A stretch of 63,974 bases of DNA, filler included, from Octopus bimaculoides (Eukaryota): the NCBI RefSeq assembly GCF_001194135.2. It is 6 parts of 6 records of this genome, joined end to end, with 100 filler letters (N's around TTAATTAATTAA, not from the genome) between each part and the next. Parts side by side here need not be neighbours in the genome. Positions count along the whole stretch, not along the records: positions 44,633 to 58,080 come from NC_068996.1; positions 58,181 to 61,443 come from NC_068992.1; positions 61,544 to 63,974 come from NC_068989.1; 3 more parts are not named here. One strand, given 5' to 3'. The notes below the pieces were generated by a model. The model had not been told where the DNA came from. It searched no databases and saw only the letters and a list, made by a program, of their open reading frames with translations. Positions 50,023-62,055 of this stretch are shown here, piece after piece (position 1 is the stretch's first letter; every line of letters starts with the position of its first letter). The translations under genes were made by a program, and so were the position numbers.

Positions 50023-53000
50023 GTAAGTAATGAGATTTGGAGAAGGCTCAGGTCAAACAAAATTATCATGAAGCTTTCAATAAGCATAAGTTTATTTAAT
50101 CTATTGTAATAAAGTGTTCATTTGTAAGGTAGAAACAAACATGACCTCAACTCATTTCAAAGTATTTATTATATTGGTTATATCCTATCTGTATTTTGGA
50201 GCAGTTAAGCACAAACTTTAATGTTTGTTTTTAAGCTTGTGTATTTTCAGATAAGGGAACGTGTCCAGAATAGAAAAGAACGAAAAAAAAGCAAAAAAAA
50301 CAAACAAACTAAACAGTTGGTGACATGAATATCCTCTAAACACTACATTTCTCTTCTAACTTCAACAAGCTTTTAAACCATGTAATTCCCTTCACGTTAT
50401 TCTTTCTCTTCGCACAATAACTTACTTCCTCTCTACATAACAGTTTACACTTCTCTCCTGCTTTTTCACTCGCTCTTCACTTCTCCAAAGCACGTGGCAG
50501 TGTAACGCATTCGTGTTTAGAGTATTAATATATAAATTCAAGTTTTTCAATTTAGATTATGAAAAGGAAAATCCACTGCAGCGAACAATTTTCTTTTTGT
50601 ATTTTTAACTTTAATATATAAACGGAACTTTAATTTTATTTCGAATTAATATTTAACAATTGTCAGCTTGATTAGTGTCTGAATAGGTATACATATTCTA
50701 TACTACGTAGATCATTTATAAACAGAGGAGCTGCCATAATCATAACTTCATAGGCATTCATGCTTGCATATGCCCTGGGTCTATATATACAAATAAGGGT
50801 GCGTTTCTTTATAAATATACGTGTTCCAGCGAAAATACGCGAGCATAGGCGCATATACTCTGGTCGGTACCTATTCATATTGAAAGCCGTGTACACGCGC
50901 GTATATATGCGCGTGCGTAAACCCATTTTACGAGAACGGTTCAAATGATTCTGAAAGTAGATGAATCTATTGAGTCTGATGCTTACTATCATGTCGTCCA
51001 ATATATAGTCGTATATTCTTACAAGCACTATTTTTCTTAACCTTCTCTTCGGATAAATAACAAACTTTCTCCCGGAGTTAATGACCAAATACATGTTTGC
51101 GTTAAAAATCTACAATGAAAACTGGATTCCAAACTAAATTTCTCATGAGTTGTATCAGCTGTACCTCCTTGGATGTAGATTTTTGGATTCTCCCTGAAAA
51201 GACAAATTTATCTTACAATATATAAAATGGAGCGAATAATGACAACTAATCAGACGAAGCATTTGCCTGTTTTCGAAATAGAAAACCGCCATGTCGCTGA
51301 TGTTAATATCAAGATTAAAAATGAATATTGTACCAAATTGATAATCTACGTGGTCGCTCATCTTGCTCGAAATAAAAATCCTAAAAGGACACCCAAAAGT
51401 CTTGTAAAAGGAAGGAAACATTGTATAGTTTGAATGTAAAAGAAATCGGACTGATCACAGCTAGAAGGTCTACTCAGTATGACTCTAGGAGACGAGATTT
51501 TTCATAAACAAACCCATAAAACCCGTTATATATGCCTACAAATTAATTAGTCGGACTCTTGGCAACACAAGTTTTCTAGAAAAATCTTAAATAGGCGCAT
51601 GGGCAGTGGTATGATTAAAAAATTTGGAGTCGCAGTCTCATGGTTGGTTACCACTTCAGGACATTGAGTGTGTATCAGTAGATTTCTGGTTGGACTTAAG
51701 CCAGCTTGCGCGTGAAATTAATGAGGTGGTAAACGTGCGGAAATCTATCGATTGGGCTATAGCTCTAATTCGAAGACAGCCTTATCGCTAAAAGTCATAT
51801 CGTGTGCGTTTGAAGATCAAATTTCACGGCAAAAGAAGCCCTGGAATGCTCAGCTATTTAATCGATAACTCATTTAATAATTAATTCTTTTTAAACTGAT
51901 ATATTCTGGTCGTGTAAGAAAGTTGATGAGAAAATGATCTGCGGTAATATTTTAGTCTATATTCGAAAACAATGAAATTAAGACTATATCAATACAATAC
52001 ATTTCGTAAATTGTTCAATTAAGCGACAAATAAGGTTACTTTTCAAATGGTGTAGCACTCTACAATTCTTTGTAAAGACTAGAAGATGGCGTTATTGCAG
52101 ACTAAATAAAACACCGTTTAGTATTCCTCATAAATGCTGTAGTCAAATATAGAACATCAATAGATTTGACCAACACTATTTTACGACAAATGTAAATAGC
52201 TTCTTTTTTTTATAGCAATGAAACGAAACATATCAGAAGTTTAAAGCAATATATTGCGTGCATGTAAGTAGAGATGGGGTTTAACAATGCAGTAATCATA
52301 TAAACATACAGTTATTTTTGTTTAGCGCCAGGTGAAACCGAATTAAGCAAACTTTTGAGAAAACTTATCCGTTTAAGATTTTCTAGCCCTAGAGTTCATG
52401 CATTTCACGTTTAAGCTGGAAGAAAGTGATTTAACGATGTAGCAATATTGTTCGAAAGTAACGGCTGTGTGGTGAAGAGGCTAGCTTTGCGATCACATGG
52501 TTTCGGATTCAGTACCACAGTGCAACAACTTGGGCAAAATGTTGTACAAAGAAAGCAAAATAGTCATTTTTACACAAATACGAGTGATTTCTACAATTTC
52601 ACTGAAGCCAAGAGTAGCCAGGTTTGAAAGTTAATGAGAGGTAGCATATAAAAAAAGGCGCAGTGGTGTACACCAAAGAATTTAAAACTAATTTTTCTTA
52701 TATTACGCGAAATAGTTCATACATTGCATTCATTAATTTCATGTTTCAGTAACAATGTCATTATGTACGAAACTTAAATCTATTGATATAGCTAACTAAA
52801 AAGTAAAAGAATTTGCTAAGGTGAGACTATTTGAAACAGGTTTCCTTGGGGTGGGTGTAAGAGGTCGCTCCCCTTGTTCCTCTATTAGCTACGTTACTTA
52901 TTGGTGTACGTTTACACCCACACTGTCTTATTGGCAAGATAACTATGCAAACAATGATATAACTGTAGTTCTTGTGTCACATGATAAATACTGGCTCAAT

Positions 53001-53294
53001 TAATCTAAGACAGATTAATTAATCAAAGAAGATATACATCGAAATTAATTAGTAATACATTTTTGAATTAATATTTGCGAGAGAAATTTTTTTCACATCT
53101 GGATAAAAAGTTACTGCAAGATAAAACTACAATGTAATATATTGAAACCAAACCATTCTATTACTATGTTTGCAACTAAAATAAATAATTATAAAGTCAC
53201 AGTTTACAATTCCTACAAGCATTTGAATATTTAAAAATATATCGAATAAATTCGAAGTAAGAAAAAAAAAATTAAAAAAAGAGAGAGCCATGTC

Positions 53295-53423
53295 CAGTAA
53301 GTTCACCGTCATTAATACATCTCAAAGAAAGTTCACCGTTCTTTTCTTTTCCGATAAGATAGTTTTTAGCTATTACTATGGGTATATTTTCTCGGTGAAC
53401 TTTCTTCACGGGGAACTTACCTG
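53295..53423. mobile_element. Small MITE-like element with subterminal inverted repeats
   Basis: cagtaagttcaccgt...aagaaagttcaccg on the left; cggtgaactttcttcacggggaacttacctg|ta on the right. Confidence 0.6.
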
Positions 53424-54119
53424 TAATAGAAATGAAACAGAAAAACAAGGTTTAGGATAATTTTGCTCCTACATTCAGCATTTGATTCTGCATAACGTTT
53501 AAATCTAAATTAACATGAAAATAGAATATTTACCTCTAGATTTCAGTATCGTTTCTTCTTTATGTGAGGAAATGGTTCGTAAGAGCTCTTTGATAAGAAG
53601 ATTATTAATAAATAGCAAATTCTCAGCAGTTTGGTGCTTTTAATTCCTCTCTTTCCTACGACGTATTGGTGAAGGAAATAGTGTTGTGGCAAATGATGAG
53701 AATTCACAAGAGACACATAGATGTCTGATTTGCAAGCATAACCAATCACAACTACAAATTTCCTCTACTAATAAAGAGAAAAAATAGCAGTAGATGAATG
53801 GGTGGTGCTAAGAGTGGGGAGAGAGAGAGAATTTAAAAATCTGACAAACATTTTTTTATTTTGTACAAGGTAGCCAGCAGACAAGTTGGTTCGAATTTCA
53901 CAGTGGTTACTGTATGTTCCTTGTTAGATTATATTTTTTAACTGCTTTATTCAATGTTGTTCGACACATTTCTATCAAAAGAATAAACAAGAAGAATGAA
54001 AAAAAAAATTTTACTTCAACCAGAATATTTTTTACAAATAAATTCCTATTACTTTTCAACTTTCTGCTTTTCTTATTCGTTCCAAAAGCAAAATGTATTG
54101 AGCCTAGCTCGTATTTTCA

Positions 54120-56517
54120 TGACTTCTATCTTTCAGAAAGTCATCTAACGACTCTCCAAGTTTTCCAGCTATACCGAGATCACGCAGTTTGTGGCATATC
54201 ATACCATGATCTATCTTGTCAAAAGCTTTTGCAAAATCAAGATATATTACGTCCACATTTGAGTTGTTGAGTAACTGCCTCAACACTCAGTCATAATGTT
54301 GTAAGAACTGGGTCAGGCAGCTCCTACCTGGTCGAAAGCCATGCTGGGTATCACTCAGCAAGTTATTTTTTTCAAGAAATGCGATTAGTTTTCCTCTGAC
54401 TATCCTTTCCATGACTTTGCTGATGTGTGAAGTCAGAGAGATAGGCCTATAGTTTTTGGCATCTGTTCTGCTTCCCCCTTTTATGGATTGGGCATATTAT
54501 ACCCTCCTTCAGCTTGTTTGGCAGTCTACCATTTGCAAGAAAGCTCTGGAAGAGAATCTGGAGGGGTTTTGCCAGGGTATGCTTACACGATTTGAGGAGG
54601 ATTGCTGGGAAACCATCAGGACCAGCAGTTGAGTTTGCGTCCACTTCATCTATGGTTAGTAGTATATCTTCTTCGCTAATGTCGATGTATTCCATCGTAA
54701 TTGCCTCGCTGGTTATAGGTGAGGCGGAAAAGAAGTCCACTGGTTCGTTCACTTGTCTGTGTTCCAACAGTATGGTAAAGACACTTTTGAACTGGTCATT
54801 CAGTACATCACTGATCCTAGTTGGTCTATCTGTGAGGGAGCCATTCTTTTGGAAGAGGAGTCCTATCTTGCAGCGTACTGAGGCTGTTTCTTTCGCGTAA
54901 TGAAAGAAGGCCTTTGGGTTTGACTTAATGTTTTTTATAACCCAGGCTTCTCTATCTGCTCTCTCTCTCTCTCTCTCACATAGGATTGTTGCAGCCTTTT
55001 TTCAATCTCCATCAGTGTTGTTTTAGGCGGGACTTTTCGCTACTTTTGGGATGTTGGTTGAGTTGATTTGCAACCTTCGTAGGACGTCTCATGAGGATCT
55101 TCCTCTCCCTTGGAATCTTGTTCCTATTCATTTTGGCCTTGTGCTCTGGGATATATTTCTGGCATATGGCTTGCATAACAGACATGAAACATTCCAGTTT
55201 CATGCCAATGTCTGGTGTGGAGAGACATTTCGGCCAGTCCTGTCTGAGGACCTCTTTTTGGATCGATTTCCAGTCTGCTTTGTGGAAGTTCAGATTGGAG
55301 AGATTTCGGGTNNNNNNNNNNCCAGTCTGCTTTGTGGAAGTTCAGATTGGAGAGATTTCGGGTGCTTCCTTTAGGCTGTATGTCTCTGGTTACTTTCGGC
55401 CCAAACATAGACAGCTCTATTATGTTGTGATCCGAGACTAATATTGGCGTCACTTTCACATCATGAACGATGTCCATATTGTTCGTGAAGCAGAGATCCA
55501 GAATGTTATTCGCCCTAGTTGGTCAGAGTACAACTTGCTCCACGAATAGGGAATTGGTGAGGTTGAACAGGGACTCCACCTGTGCTTGTTTGCAATGAGT
55601 CCTTCCTGAGAGTATGAGACATTCGGGCCATTTGACGTTGGGGAAGTTGAAATCACTCATAAGAAATATGGTCCCGTGGTGTTCCAGTTTCATGAGGATT
55701 TCTTTAATTCTAGTGAGGCAATCTTCAAATTTGCCTATGTGGTTTGGAGCATCCGGTGGGCAATATGTAGTGCATATGACTATATTATGTTGTCTTATGT
55801 ATACAATTATAGTGTCACATACCGAATTTGAGTATGACAGTAAGACTTGAGGTGTGAGGTCATCACGGATGAACACAGCAACTCCACCATGGTTCATTTC
55901 CCTTCTGTCGGTTCGCAGTATGGCATAATTTGGTACGTGTACTTTTGCATCCTCTATATCAGTGCTGAGGTGAGTTTCCACGAGTGATATGCATAGGGCT
56001 TGATTGCATGCAAGATCTCCCAGGAAGGAAATTTTGCTTTTATTATGATGCAACAGGCCCCCGATATTTAGTAAAAGTACTTGCGTAACGACTGTGCAGG
56101 CGTTAGGGGAGACCATCCCGTGTCTGTTGACAGTGGTGGACAAGGTTCCTTGTTTGTGCTTGGTGTAGCCAGGTCAGCTGCTGCACAATCTTTTGCGCTA
56201 TGTACAAAAAAAAAGACTCTTGGTCAGCTACCACCTTGCGCATATCTGAAGAGCGCTCTTCTTTTGTAAATTTTTTTCCTTGGAAACACTTGTTGTCTTT
56301 TCTCAAGGAAGTTTTTCTCCTTAAGGCCCCTGTAGTTTTGGAGGGATGTGGGGTGGGCAAACCGGCAGTTTTTGCCGTCTTCCCCATGCCAACATTTGCC
56401 TTGCAGGTAAAATTTGCTGGTTCTTGAGTGTCTTCCAAATTTCTTCTTTCCTGTAGGGTTTTTGGTGGCATTGGATCCTCCATGGGGTTTTCTGTTTTAT
56501 GTTTGGTGGGTTGGTGT
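54120..56517 (-). mobile_element. CR1-like LINE, 5' portion: APE endonuclease plus N-terminal half of the RT, with stops and frameshifts
   Basis: LLLNIGGL...LVETHL...LRTDR...HGGVAVFI...YCPPD...SDFNFPNVKW; NILDLCFTN...SDHN; AGPDGF...NYRPISLTS...QHGFRPGRSC...VIYLDFAKAFD; breaks off before the YADD motif. Confidence 0.9.
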
Positions 56518-56616
56518 NNNNNNNNNNNNNNNNNNNNNNNNNNNNNNNNNNNNNNNNNNNNNNNNNNNNNNNNNNNNNNNNNNNNNNNNNNNNNNNNNNN
56601 NNNNNNNNNNNNNNNN

Positions 56617-57480
56617 NTAGCAGGAGGTCAAGTTGTTTCTTGAAAACATCTACCCCTACTCCATGAATATCCTTCAGCTGTTTTGGCAAGGCATTAAATA
56701 ACTCTGGGTCCTTGAATTTCAAAATAGTAGTTCATGGTCCTCACTCTAAACGGGACCTTTGGAGCAGTACAGTGACGTTCGGGGGTTGGTATAGCTCTTG
56801 ATATCAAAGTTTGGTGCCTGCCCCTCCAGGATCTTCAATACGTATATCACTGCATGCCTCCCCCGTCTTCGCTCCAATGAGTGGAGTTGTAGCTCTTTCA
56901 GTCACTCCCGGTAGCTTAGCTGTTCCACTGATGCAATCTTCCTGACATAGCACTGCTGACCTGCCTCAAGTTCTGTTATTAATTTGACACTGTGGTATGA
57001 TCCTAGCTAAGAACAGTTGTCCAGACGAAGGCGGCGAGCTGGCAGAAACGTTAGCACGCCGGGCGAAATGCTTAGCGGTATTTCGTCTGCCGCTACGTTC
57101 TGAGTTCAAATTCCGCCGAGGTCGACTTTGCCTTTCATCCTTTCGGGGTCGATAAATTAAGTACCAGTTACGCACTGGAGTCGATGTAATCGACTTAATC
57201 CGTTCATCTGTCCTTGTTTGTTCCCTCTATGTTTAGCCCCTTGTGGGCAATAAAGAAATAAGAACAGTAGTCCAGACGGCTGAGTACGAATATCCTCTAT
57301 AGAATCAGCATAGTTTTCCTGGTCCGTTGGTCTGAAGGTTCTCAAAATCCATCCGGGCATTCGCCTGCACATTTCCACCATCGTGATGATACGTACGTGA
57401 ATCGAGGCGTCGGTGCTCATATCAATTCCTAGATAACGCACCCTACTTGATTCTAGGACTGCCGCTCCTGTTGGTCCAAA
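56617..57480 (-). mobile_element. CR1-like LINE, 3' portion (RYLGI... to C-terminus), interrupted by a family A SINE
   Basis: VRYLGIDMS...GWILRTF...LSRLDYCS...QLSYRE*LKELQLHSLERRR...KDPELFNALPKQLKDIHGVGVDVFKKQLDLLL. Confidence 0.85.
57028..57259 (+). mobile_element. Young full-length family A SINE with a 19-bp target-site duplication
   Basis: TSD aagaacagttgtccagacg (57009-57027) / aagaacagtagtccagacg (57260-57278). Confidence 0.95.
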
Positions 57481-58629
57481 CTGCTGCTGTTGCGGCATGT
57501 GTGCACGAGCTAGCCTATAGCGGAGGTGTTGGAATTTACTTATATTCTTCAGCGTATATATATGACAACAGGGTGTTTCTGTAGAAGATTGAAATAGGAA
57601 AATTCCTTGACTACTTGTACTATTTTTGTATCATCGGTATAGTTAGTAAGTGTGGCTGTTTGCCTAACTGACGTCATGTCCGAGAAGGCCACAATAAACA
57701 CCAGCGGTGTACACACACACATTCATTCATATTATATATATAATGTATATGTATATATAGTATATATATATATATACACGCATATATAAATACATATATA
57801 TGCAATATATAACATATATACACACAGAGATATATATACATATATATACACATATAAGGATTTACTCTTCGTAATGAGCTAAAAAAAGCAAGGCTGTGTA
57901 TAATATAGAACGTTTATAAATAGGTCTGACCTACGTTGGGCCCCTTATTCGCATAATCACCAAACCTGGAACTTAACTACGGTCTATCCATAGCACTTAC
58001 TCAGCATTACCTGAAACCTCTGGGTCTGATTGACACCACTATCGCTCATAACCTATATATATATATATATATATATATATNNNNNNNNNNNNNNNNNNNN
58101 NNNNNNNNNNNNNNNNNNNNNNNNTTAATTAATTAANNNNNNNNNNNNNNNNNNNNNNNNNNNNNNNNNNNNNNNNNNNNTATATATAGTTATATATATA
58201 TTTATGTGCATGCGCGCGTGTGTGTGATGGAGGCGTGACATTTGTCAGTCATTAAGAAGACATTTATATAGCGTAGTTGTTAGACACATTTTTAATAATT
58301 TTCATCTGAAGGTAGCTCTTGAGATTTGTTGTCGCACATCGGTGTCACTGGAGTCCGAACGATTGCTGAAACAGGCACGATATGATATGCAAGCCCATTC
58401 GTTTACTGCACTGAAACTTGAGGCATATCACGTATGACTGTATTGTGAATTAAATGAAATTTGTTTCTCACTGAATTGATTGCTCTTTACTGGTCATATC
58501 ATGATTCGAACACTACGCTATGTATATGCATTAAATATAGATTAAATCCTATGATAAACACGACTACTGGCATAAGAGAAGCAAGAATATTGTGAGTTTT
58601 TGATCAGCACGCATTTCGTGGGTTCATTC

Positions 58630-58647
58630 TTACAACATCAAGTTTGG
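58630..58647 (-). CDS. Possible terminal coding bases (PNLML*) or 14-nt microexon of the sushi-domain gene
   Basis: Strong acceptor ctattttttccttttcaatacag; phase 0 gives CCA AAC TTG ATG TTG TAA; a GTAAGA donor also lies 14 nt in. Confidence 0.25.
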   Translation of the reverse strand, partial: PNLML

Positions 58648-58979
58648 CTGTATTGAAAAGGAAAAAATAGTCGAAAGGCGAAATAAATATAATTAATTCT
58701 TCTTTCTTTGTTCTTATTTTCATTATGAACAGAATGAATCAAGTTTATCATTGCTCTGAATCCCCTCATTGTGATAACGACACAATGAAATTTTGATGTA
58801 AACGATTAACAAATATCATTTCACTGGCTTCATGTACTTCAATATATTATAATTAATTATAGATATCGCCTTTTCAGTAACGTGTTTGAATATCCTCTAA
58901 CGATTTGCTGCATATATAAGTAATCACATTCTATGTCTCTTTGAAAGGAAAAGAATTTCAAACAGCTTAGTTGATTTAC

Positions 58980-59128
58980 CTGCAAGTTAAACACACTTGT
59001 CTTCTTGAAAAACATTTCACCCACTTCTAAGTTTGGAATATGTTCCGAAAAGAATTTTATGGCATGTGGAAAATATCTTGTAGTAAATTTCCTCTGTTCT
59101 CTGCTATCATTTATTATCAGTGAAGTTT
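58980..59128 (-). CDS. Candidate next exon of the sushi-domain gene (ETSLIINDSREQRKFTTRYFPHAIKFFSEHIPNLEVGEMFFKKTSVFNLQ)
   Basis: Acceptor tatttttctcactgccataattcacccag, strong donor GCAG|gtaaat, 149 bp open in phase 1 (matches the sushi exon) and ending in phase 0. No recognisable domain. Confidence 0.45.
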
Positions 59129-60589
59129 CTGGGTGAATTATGGCAGTGAGAAAAATACTGTAGTAGCAAATTATGTGCCCCAATATTCCAGCACTCCATA
59201 AGATTTCTTCATTATTTGAAATATAAAACTATTCCACTCTACATATATGAATCGCAAATACGTGTTTACATGCATGAAAGACGATCTGTCCAAAATAGAA
59301 CAAAACGGTAGGGTTAATTCAGTAAATCGAAGTAAATTTCATCTGTCTCAGTTATCATTTTACACCTTGTGGACTTTATATTTCGATTCCTTGCAAAGCT
59401 GCTCTAAATATACACATTTTTGGGATACACACACACACACACACACACGAACATGTGTGTGCATATACTTATATGCATATGTATGTACAGAAATTTATGC
59501 ATACATGCATACATTTATTCATATAGTTACATATTAGTGTGTGTGCGTGTGTTTGTTTGTGTGTGCGTGTGTTTGTTTGTGTGTGTGGGGGGGCAATTTA
59601 ATATCAGTCATTGTGTTCACTATACACTTGGCTATATCATATCAGCATATGTTATATTAGTAAACTTTTGAACATGATACGGGTTTATATGTATTGACCA
59701 GGTCACTACATAGTTCGCAGTAAGTTGTAAGTAGCTGTTGCGGTAAAGTTTCAATCACAAAACACCATGTTTTTAAGGTAGTTACATCTTTTAAAATTCT
59801 GACATGTACTATTATCTACATCTCTTCGTGAATGTTCTACTAATTCAGCATCAGATGACTCATAAAAAGACTAGAGATAATAATAGGATCAATAATGTAA
59901 GAAGGGGCTTACATATCTAGGTCAGCATTGTTTATTCTATAATGTGTTGTAGATGTTGCTTAAAGGTTATGTTGAAAATTAACTAAAATTTATTTACCAG
60001 TGACAGAGAACTGCTGAAAGCAAGAAGCTTTGGTTTGGAAATATTACCCATAAAGTTGCATGTACTTCGAGTTTTATATGTTTCTACAATCATTGATGAA
60101 GAATTAGTTCTCAAAACAAGTTTCTAATTTTCTAACCAAGTAATGTATTTCCTGATTTTCTAACTCTACTTAAGAAAATAGGATGTCCCTTAGATTATAT
60201 TATTGGAACTTTGCAAAGATTTCTGTAACGTGATTAATAACGATGTGATGATGCAACGACGCTAAATACATAAAATTGTTGATAGCTTTGAGTCTCTGTT
60301 TCATGTCAGTGGATTGTTTGAAATGCAATTGAAAACGTCTCAGTTTCGGAATCTAAGCGGCAGTCCTTGAAAAAGATTGTTCATTTTATAGAAAAATATC
60401 TCATGAATTAAAACTTCTTCTTACACATGCAAATTTGTTTATACTTATGACTCACATGAGCCCAAAATAAACAGAAATTTCGATTACCGTTGAAACTGCA
60501 TCTACGTATTGGGTCTTCGTAGAAGTAGTATGTGTACCATTAAGATATTTCCATGGCGGAGGCATTGTATTTTATGGCATGGTCTTGTG

Positions 60590-60830
60590 TCCGTGTTGAT
60601 CCTAATTCTTAGTAAAGAATTCGAAAAGTTAGCTGAATACAAGGACCTTGAGATAGAAACCACCAAAATGTGGGTACTGGAAACATTTACTTTATCGGTA
60701 GTAGTAGTAGTAGGAGGAGCACTAGTCTTGGTTAAAGACAGCGTCTTCAATCATAATTGATCAAATAACTGACAAAGCAAATATACACGTCCAAAAGACT
60801 GCATTAAACTAAGTCTCTTGAGGAAAATTT
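60590..60830 (+). mobile_element. R4/Dong-like non-LTR retrotransposon 3' fragment (restriction-like endonuclease end)
   Basis: SKEFEKLAEYKDLEIETTKMW...VVVGGAL matches the RLE EKxxKYxDL...IGALG pattern; an (AAT)n array follows, the known Dong-type target. Confidence 0.75.
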
Positions 60831-60906
60831 TATCGTGATCACGTGGTTACTAGCATTTGGTCTCAGATATAGACTAGTAATGAAAATGCCCCGAAATCAA
60901 GCTAAA

Positions 60907-60907
60907 T

Positions 60908-60980
<73 letters not shown>

Positions 60981-61006
60981 GTAGTAATAATAATAATAAT
61001 GATGAT

Positions 61007-61037
<31 letters not shown>
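60907..61037. repeat. (AAT)n microsatellite
   Basis: Direct reading. Confidence 0.95.
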
Positions 61038-61038
<1 letters not shown>

Positions 61039-61114
61039 GTTTAAGAAGATAACAGGGGGAAGTTTAAGAAGATAACAGGGGGAAGTTTAAGAAGATAACA
61101 CCGGGGAAGTTTAA
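61038..61114. repeat. 23-bp minisatellite AGTTTAAGAAGATAACAGGGGGA x about 3.3
   Basis: Unit starts at 61038, 61061, 61084 and 61108. Confidence 0.9.
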
Positions 61115-61191
61115 CATGTGAGTACGATAAATCACTGCTCCGAAACTTATCCAAAAACATCGGAAATAAAGACATCGCATGGAGCCCAAAT

Positions 61192-61443
61192 ATAGCTGAC
61201 AAAGGGTTGGACTATACCCGAGTAAGTAATACTCATTGAAATTTATTCCTATTTTTCCAAATATAATGATGTATTTTAACTTGATACCTCCACTACCCGA
61301 ACAGCGATCGTAAACACACGTGTTACATCAAAATACAGACCATCCCCAAACCCAAACACCATATACAAAAAAATAGCTGACAAAGGGTTGGACTATATCC
61401 GAGTAAGTAATACTCATTGAAATTTATCTCTATTTTTACAAAT
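61192..61443. repeat. Direct repeat of about 72 bp, copies 181 bp apart (second ends at a gap)
   Basis: atagctgacaaagggttggactata(c/t)ccgagtaagtaatactcattgaaattt at 61192 and 61373. Confidence 0.85.
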
Positions 61444-61543
61444 NNNNNNNNNNNNNNNNNNNNNNNNNNNNNNNNNNNNNNNNNNNNTTAATTAATTAAN
61501 NNNNNNNNNNNNNNNNNNNNNNNNNNNNNNNNNNNNNNNNNNN

Positions 61544-61575
<32 letters not shown>

Positions 61576-61634
61576 CATATATATATATACACACATATAT
61601 ATACACACACACACACATATATATATATGTATAT

Positions 61635-61866
61635 CTATCAGGAATCTCAGATTACGATGTTTCGAGTTTATTGACTCTCGTTAATAGAGTCTACCTAAGA
61701 GTGACAACTCTGTATAAACCTATGAAGCGCAAATCAGTCAACAACGTTGACTGAATTTTACATTAATCTATTGCTTTATAAGTTTGTCCAGAGTTACCTC
61801 TCTTAAGTACATACCATTGAGAAGAGTCAATAAACTCGAAACTTCGATGTCTGGGATTCTTGATAG
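61635..61866. repeat. Imperfect fold-back element with a central perfect hairpin
   Basis: Outer arms atcaggaatctcagattacgatgtttcgagtttattgactct / agagtcaataaactcgaaacttcgatgtctgggattcttgat; centre CAGTCAAC-AAC-GTTGACTG (61735-61753). Confidence 0.85.
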
Positions 61867-62055
61867 ATGGCAACACTGAACAAACCGGGTGTTTTCACCC
61901 TTTTTACGGTAACTGCAGTGCATTTGCCTTTTAGCAGTTGAAATATGTCATGTGTGTATATGTACATATATGTATATATATGTGTATATTTATGTATATA
62001 CATATGTATACGTGTACATATATGCATACACATTTGTATACATGTATATATATAT

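Noticed and set aside
50672-51094. 140-aa minus-strand ORF
   Set aside because: Very basic, includes low-complexity cgcgcatatatacgcgcg, has no recognisable motif; more likely a chance ORF, though not excluded without RNA data.
55271-55361. Direct duplication of about 40 bp around a short N gap (also 40635-40728)
   Set aside because: Overlapping contig ends separated by a placeholder gap; assembly artefact, not a tandem repeat or TSD.
1227-57100. tRNA-like heads with A and B boxes
   Set aside because: Each continues into SINE core and tail sequence and lacks a complete cloverleaf; no true tRNA gene found.
59995-60011. Possible 13-16 nt minus-strand microexon (tttcag|CAGTTCTCTGTCACTG|gtaaat) between the two sushi-gene exons
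   Set aside because: It would break the phase-1 link between 63315 and 59128; no independent support.
10102-61499. Five identical TTAATTAATTAA palindromes
   Set aside because: Each is centred in a 100-bp N spacer; synthetic six-frame-stop scaffold linker.
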